Source of the DNA: Bacteroidota bacterium
GTDB lineage: Bacteria > Bacteroidota > Rhodothermia > Balneolales > HLUCCA01
Length of the DNA stretch: 64,000 nt
Direction: 5' to 3'
Assembly: GCA_020832235.1 (NCBI GenBank)
Contig: JAFIEZ010000003.1
Location: 333,350-397,349 of the forward strand
In this document: positions 59,370-64,000 of the stretch, piece after piece
Layout of the letters: the number at the start of each line of letters is the position of its first letter
Position numbering within the stretch: position 1 is the first letter of the stretch
Notes under the pieces: generated by a model
Seen by the model: the letters and a program-made list of their open reading frames with translations, nothing else
Databases searched by the model: none
Told to the model about the DNA's origin: nothing
Translations under genes and position numbers: made by a program

Positions 59370-60350
59370 TTATTCAGCCTGAAGAGCACTTACGGCGGCT
59401 GTATTGACAATATCTTGCCATGAACAACCTCTAGATAAATCGTTCATTGGTTTTGCCAGGCCTTGAATAATTGGCCCAGTTGCCACGGCTCCGGCCAAGC
59501 GCTCCGTAATCTTGTAGCCAATATTGCCGGCGTCTAGATTCGGGAATATGAAGACGTTGGCATTTCCTGCCACAGATGATTCTGGGGCTTTTTTCTGACC
59601 AATAGCGGGCAGTAAAGCTGCATCAAATTGTAGTTCTCCGTCAATTTCAAGATCGCTTGCAGTTTCTCGGGCTATTGCGGTAGCTGCAGTTACCAGCTGT
59701 GTTTTTTCATGTACAGCACTGCCTTTAGTCGAAAATGATAGCATGGCCGTTCTAGCTTTTTCACCAGTCAACTTCTGGTGTGTTCTTGAAGAGTCTATAG
59801 CTATAGAGGCCAGCTGGTTACTGTCTGGATACGGTACAACGGCACAGTCGCCATAAGTAAAAACGTTCCCGTCTGGCATTGTCATTAAAAATGTACTCGA
59901 TACAACAGTTGACCCTGCTTTGAGACCAATCACCTGAATACCTGCCCTTAAAACATCGCCTGTTGTATTTACAGCACCTGCAACGCAACCATCTGCGTCA
60001 TTGTGCACCAGCATCTCAGCAGCAAAAAACAATTCATTTAGAACCAATTCCCGGGCGGCATCGATGGTAAGGCCTTTATTTCTACGCCGTTCATAAAGAT
60101 GCTGGGCATATAGCTCATTTTTTTTCCAAACCTTGGGTTCAATGATGGTGATATCATCGCGTAAAATCAGGTTTTGTTCCTCAGCTGCCCGTGTAATATC
60201 AACAGCGTTTCCAATTAGAATTGGTTTACAGATTTTGTGTTCGGCCAAATAATTGGCAGCCATTAACATCCTTCCGTCCTTAGATTCAGGTAAGACTATA
60301 CGCTTTCCAGCCTTTCGTGCTTTATCTCTTATTTGTTCAATTAATGTCAT
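59370..60350 (-). CDS. pta: Phosphate acetyltransferase (short form)
   Basis: 326 aa PTA_PTB family: RIVLPESKDGRMLMAA... and C-terminal GLAKPMNDLSRGCS. Confidence 0.93.
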   Translation of the reverse strand: MTLIEQIRDKARKAGKRIVLPESKDGRMLMAANYLAEHKICKPILIGNAVDITRAAEEQNLILRDDITIIEPKVWKKNELYAQHLYERRRNKGLTIDAARELVLNELFFAAEMLVHNDADGCVAGAVNTTGDVLRAGIQVIGLKAGSTVVSSTFLMTMPDGNVFTYGDCAVVPYPDSNQLASIAIDSSRTHQKLTGEKARTAMLSFSTKGSAVHEKTQLVTAATAIARETASDLEIDGELQFDAALLPAIGQKKAPESSVAGNANVFIFPNLDAGNIGYKITERLAGAVATGPIIQGLAKPMNDLSRGCSWQDIVNTAAVSALQAE

Positions 60351-60378
60351 AGTGGAAAATATTATCTGAGTGAAATGC

Positions 60379-62154
60379 TCAATTAGATTGATGCATAAGA
60401 TTTACATTTCGGTTTCCAAAGAATGATGGATCCTGTGCCCTGTTGTGTAGCCGTCGTGAGGTAAAGGTCATATTACGCTGCATATACCGTATAATGTCAT
60501 CAGTGTTCGTATTCCCATCTTGCAGTGCTCGCGCGAAGTAGTACGTCATAATACCATGAACCCGATCAGTTCTACGGTCGTTAGAAACATAAAGTCCTGC
60601 AAGTTGAGCTGGTCCAGATGCAAACAGAACCCAAGAGTTTTGATGTCTGCTGGTAATCAATGATGCCAGTTGATTGTAATCTGCGCGGAAATTGGTTGAA
60701 AAGCCTGTAGTTGTTAATTCTCTAAAATCAGCATCAAGCATAACGGTCACTTGCCGCAAACCGTTTATTGAGCCAATTATGTTAAATAATGATTCTAGAG
60801 ATACACCTTCTCCCGGTAGTCCATCGACAGGAATTAACCCGGCAATATTTCGCCCATTATCATTAACAACACCACCACTGCCAGCATAAAAAACAAATAA
60901 ATCTGAGTCAGGCTCTATCAGATGTCCGTGCAACGTACGTTCCCCACGGTTATACTTTATCAGATTTTGAGCAGATTCATCGGTTCTAAAGTTTTCAATG
61001 ATTACGATACGATCGTCGCTGAATCCCAACGTTTCTCTTAGATATGTGCGCATCAGTCTCACCGATCGCTGAGCATGTTCATTATGTTGAGATGTATTTC
61101 TATACTGTTGATTGCCTATTAGGATCGCAATTGCATTTGGGTTTGTCTGGTTGGTCACGGGTATATCTCTTTCGACGTCGATACTGCCAAAAGCCATGTT
61201 TGATGTCGTAATAACCATATCACTATCATTAGACATAGCGGGCCGCCACACCACTGCGCCGTCGGATGCAGCTATATACGTTGGCGTGATTCCAAGCAGT
61301 ACTCTGTGCCAGCCATTTTCATTCGTTTCAACCCAAGGCAACAGGCTGGCTTCTGCCACAGTGGTTATGATGTTATTTCCAGATACTACAGGTGCACTTC
61401 GCAATGGTGAATTACGTCTCGCCACTCTAACATACCGTTTAAGTACATCCTGTACAGGGAATGAAACCTCACTACGCTCAAATTCAGTTATAAGCTCCAG
61501 AGTTATCTCCCCGGGGCTATCTGGGGAGAATGTACGTAAGCCCAGCTCACTTATGAGGTTTAATGTATAACTCCCGTCTACTATTACCTGTAAGCCTCTG
61601 ATAAGATCCTCACCTTCATGCTTTGCGTTTATAATGACATCAAATGCGGGGGTAGGCTTCTGAGTAGTATCGGCTCGGGTTTGGGTCCCTACTACATTCA
61701 GCAGGCGTTTTTCTCCAGTATATCGAGGTTCCCCATATGGTCGCATATTTAACATCGCTGCACCAAACACCACACCACCGGCGCCCATCAATACATTTTT
61801 TTGAGACCTGCTTAAATCTTCCTGAAAAAAACCTTCGGCATTAGCAAGATAAAATAGCGTCCCTGCACCAATCGTCCCAGCAATTGCCCAGCTATACCGT
61901 GGTCTGTATCGTTGTATCACCCTGTTGGCCTCAAGTCTGAGTGGTGATTCTAAAATCTCAACGGTATTCCCTTGCAAGGTCAAAAAAGGCTGTTCAGGAT
62001 TAGGCAATGCTCCAATGACTAATGCAGACTTTGTCTCAATCTGCACTGTTTGGGATGCATCTGAAACTGGATCTTCCTCAATTATCCACCTGCTGCTTGT
62101 ACATGCAGTACCAATAAATAATAGAATAAATAATGTTGATAATTTTATTTTCAT
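60379..62154 (-). CDS. Lipoprotein with SH3b-like domain and caspase-like (C14-fold) domain lacking the canonical His/Cys dyad
   Basis: Signal and lipobox IGTAC. Two Gly-rich hydrophobic segments (WAIAGTIGAGTLFYLA; VLMGAGGVVFGAAML). SH3b-like YVRVARRNSPLRSAP...NGWHRVLLG..TYIAASD. Caspase-like AILIGNQQY...DLFVFYAGSGG...VTVMLDADF...GIMTYYFARAL. ATG 62152-62154 overlaps the ackA stop (ATGA); the track start is 62160. Confidence 0.7.
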   Translation of the reverse strand: MKIKLSTLFILLFIGTACTSSRWIIEEDPVSDASQTVQIETKSALVIGALPNPEQPFLTLQGNTVEILESPLRLEANRVIQRYRPRYSWAIAGTIGAGTLFYLANAEGFFQEDLSRSQKNVLMGAGGVVFGAAMLNMRPYGEPRYTGEKRLLNVVGTQTRADTTQKPTPAFDVIINAKHEGEDLIRGLQVIVDGSYTLNLISELGLRTFSPDSPGEITLELITEFERSEVSFPVQDVLKRYVRVARRNSPLRSAPVVSGNNIITTVAEASLLPWVETNENGWHRVLLGITPTYIAASDGAVVWRPAMSNDSDMVITTSNMAFGSIDVERDIPVTNQTNPNAIAILIGNQQYRNTSQHNEHAQRSVRLMRTYLRETLGFSDDRIVIIENFRTDESAQNLIKYNRGERTLHGHLIEPDSDLFVFYAGSGGVVNDNGRNIAGLIPVDGLPGEGVSLESLFNIIGSINGLRQVTVMLDADFRELTTTGFSTNFRADYNQLASLITSRHQNSWVLFASGPAQLAGLYVSNDRRTDRVHGIMTYYFARALQDGNTNTDDIIRYMQRNMTFTSRRLHNRAQDPSFFGNRNVNLMHQSN

Positions 62155-63377
62155 ACCCATGGCGACTGCATAGCAGCTGTAGCTATTTTTGCGGCATCAA
62201 TAGCAATTACCATTTCCTCATCTGTAGATATGACATACACATCAACGCGTGAATTCTCCATACTGATAAGGTGCTGTTTTGTACCCGATGGAAGGTTGTT
62301 GTTTTTTTCTTCGTCAATTTCAACTCCGGCAAATTCTAATCCAGAACATATCTTCGACCGTATTAAAGCCGCATTCTCTCCAACCCCTGCAGTAAATATG
62401 ATGGCATCACAACCATTAAGTGAAGCCAGATAAGAACCAACGTATTGTTTCGCTTTATAGCTATAAACATCAATAGCTTGTTCACATCGTCGATCGCCGT
62501 TTTCAGCTTCTGTTATCAAGTCTCTCATGTCGGCCGCATATCCACTCAGTCCTAGTAAGCCACTATTTCTGTTTAGCATCGCATGAAGATGATTTAAAGA
62601 CATCTCTTCTTTCTCAATAAGATAAAACATTATTGAAGGATCAATGTCTCCGCTTCGTGTGCCCATCACCAAACCGGCTAGTGGAGTAAAGCCCATACTG
62701 GTATCAATACTCTTTCCATCTTTAATAGCTGCAATAGAGCATCCATTTCCCAAATGGCATGTGATTACTTTGGTTCCGATAGCTTTTTTGCCTGTCAACT
62801 CATAATACTTACGAGATACATAATAATGAGAGGTTCCATGAAAACCATACTTCCTAATTTTATATCTCCTGTACATCCTGTTTGGAATGGCATAAAGGTA
62901 TGCCTCCGGTGGTAAAGAGTGATGAAAGGCGGTGTCGAATACGGCAACGTGTGATGCTTCTGGCAGATATTCGCGTGCAGCCTCTATGCCCTTCATGTTT
63001 GGTGGATTATGTAGGGGTGCCAGATCGTATGCCTGTTCAATTGCCTCAATAACACTATCATCAATAAGTACGGAGTCTTTGAAGGTTTCACCACCATGAA
63101 CAACGCGATGGCCTACAGCTTTAATATCATCTATTGAATCAACTACCTTATTCTCAGGTGACAACAAATGCTCCATTATCTCCTTGAGTGCAATAGTATG
63201 ATTATCAATTTGCATTGTTTTTTTTGTCGGTTTGGCGTCGGGTAATTCGTGTTTCACGATAGCTGTGACGGCGCCAATTCGTTCTACAACACCTGAGGCT
63301 AATTTTGTTCGGTTAGTGGTGTCGATTAGTTGATACTTAACGGAAGAACTTCCGCAATTGATTACGAGTGTTAACAT
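62151..63377 (-). CDS. ackA: Acetate kinase
   Basis: VINCGSSSVKYQL, HRVVHGG, GFHGTSH, HLGNGCS, FTAGVGEN motifs. Confidence 0.96.
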   Translation of the reverse strand: MLTLVINCGSSSVKYQLIDTTNRTKLASGVVERIGAVTAIVKHELPDAKPTKKTMQIDNHTIALKEIMEHLLSPENKVVDSIDDIKAVGHRVVHGGETFKDSVLIDDSVIEAIEQAYDLAPLHNPPNMKGIEAAREYLPEASHVAVFDTAFHHSLPPEAYLYAIPNRMYRRYKIRKYGFHGTSHYYVSRKYYELTGKKAIGTKVITCHLGNGCSIAAIKDGKSIDTSMGFTPLAGLVMGTRSGDIDPSIMFYLIEKEEMSLNHLHAMLNRNSGLLGLSGYAADMRDLITEAENGDRRCEQAIDVYSYKAKQYVGSYLASLNGCDAIIFTAGVGENAALIRSKICSGLEFAGVEIDEEKNNNLPSGTKQHLISMENSRVDVYVISTDEEMVIAIDAAKIATAAMQSPWV

Positions 63378-63379
63378 AG

Positions 63380-64000
63380 TCAGAATGGAATAATAATATC
63401 GAATGATAGTTGTTGACGAAATTTAATAGGGTTTTCAGAGTCGAGGGGGTCCGACAACCAAAAAGGAATATCCCAACGCAGAGCAAAACCTCTCTCCCTG
63501 GCAAGTACATCAGGAACATTTACATATAATAGAATACCAGCACCTGCATTGGCAATAAAGTTATTGGTAATAATCTGTGCATTTTCCTGATATTTGACGA
63601 TAGCCGCATCAGTAAATAACCTTGTTTTAAAGTGGACAAAATAACCGGCTACAGGAATATTTCGCAGATATAGATCTAATGGATTCGCTATCTCAACATC
63701 AGCCGATACCCCATGTAACGCAGCTATTGCATGTATGTCAGACGCAGTAAAACGTTTAGCATCGTGACGGCTATACCCTCTTATTGAAGACATACTTCCA
63801 GTAGTTACCAATGCTCCCGAACGTAAAGCCGCAACAGGAAGCGTTCCATGTGATCGAAACCAACTATTATCATGCCAGTGAATAGCTGGCTGGTAGGCAA
63901 GGTTTGTAGCTAATGCCGAGTAACCATCACTCCCTGTATGCACTCGTGAACCAATTTTGAATCCTATGGCGAGTAATCTGTTTATTTGATGATGCAGAGT
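63380..64000 (-). CDS. Probable outer-membrane beta-barrel protein; N-terminus runs off the right window edge
   Basis: The frame stays open to position 64000 upstream of the GTG listed by the track. Alternating-hydrophobicity segments and C-terminal ...SFDIIIPF (terminal Phe). The stop lies 2 nt before the ackA ATG. I recognise no family. Confidence 0.5.
   Translation of the reverse strand, partial: TLHHQINRLLAIGFKIGSRVHTGSDGYSALATNLAYQPAIHWHDNSWFRSHGTLPVAALRSGALVTTGSMSSIRGYSRHDAKRFTASDIHAIAALHGVSADVEIANPLDLYLRNIPVAGYFVHFKTRLFTDAAIVKYQENAQIITNNFIANAGAGILLYVNVPDVLARERGFALRWDIPFWLSDPLDSENPIKFRQQLSFDIIIPF

Noticed and set aside
61112-61570. 152-aa plus-strand ORF inside the caspase-like lipoprotein gene.
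   Set aside because: The minus-strand frame carries the signal peptide, the SH3b-like and caspase-like patterns, and the operon coupling. The plus-strand ORF is a Ser/Thr/Leu-rich shadow.
1-64000. Looked for CRISPR arrays, tRNA/rRNA genes, transposases, integrases, phage genes, toxin-antitoxin pairs and long direct or inverted repeats.
   Set aside because: No periodic repeat-spacer pattern, no cloverleaf-capable intergenic segment and no recognisable mobile-element protein was seen. Intergenic regions are short and the genes are overwhelmingly housekeeping. This was by-eye inspection only; long-range repeats would need a dot-plot to exclude.

Overview
This 64 kb window is densely packed, mostly core chromosome from an FCB-group bacterium. 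Gene content and a Bacteroidota-type promoter suggest Bacteroidota, Balneolota or Rhodothermota; GC looks like the low-to-mid 40s % by eye and was not computed. I found no rRNA, tRNA, CRISPR array, transposase, integrase or phage gene.

Gene content, left to right:
- A metal-flavoured ABC operon, truncated at the left edge.
- The rimP-nusA-infB-rbfA-truB-ribF string, then rpsO and pnp.
- An M16 peptidase, asnS and holA.
- An ECF sigma / putative anti-sigma pair.
- A fused E1 alpha/beta 2-oxoacid dehydrogenase.
- A three-gene polyamine operon (SAM decarboxylase, pyruvoyl arginine decarboxylase, spermidine synthase).
- An Omp85-family barrel, DUF445, Smg-like and ybeY genes.
- A giant DUF2723 membrane protein, an M1 aminopeptidase and an SNF transporter.
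- A nuoI-hyp-membrane-peroxiredoxin operon, then der.
- tdk with a CNT nucleoside transporter.
- Three parvulin/SurA-like chaperones, followed by MoxR and a vWA membrane protein.
- apt, tadA, nadD, bamD, a polyprenyl synthase and a type-2 IPP isomerase.
- An eight-gene suf/Fe-S cluster.
- A GH13 amylase.
- An ackA-X-pta operon preceded by a partial outer-membrane barrel.

Nothing here is a clear-cut new defence or mobile system. The two items I find most unusual are:
1. A MacB-type ABC permease that is absent from the ORF track because it runs off the edge. It carries an ~84-residue tract with ~38 His in its periplasmic domain and is translationally coupled to an ATPase and an HMA (CxxC) lipoprotein.
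2. A lipoprotein with an SH3b-like domain and a caspase-like domain whose His/Cys catalytic dyad positions read Ser/Asp. It is wedged between ackA and pta and translationally coupled to ackA.

Several RNA-level elements are also visible: a leader terminator before rimP, a long hairpin in the pnp leader, and intrinsic terminators.
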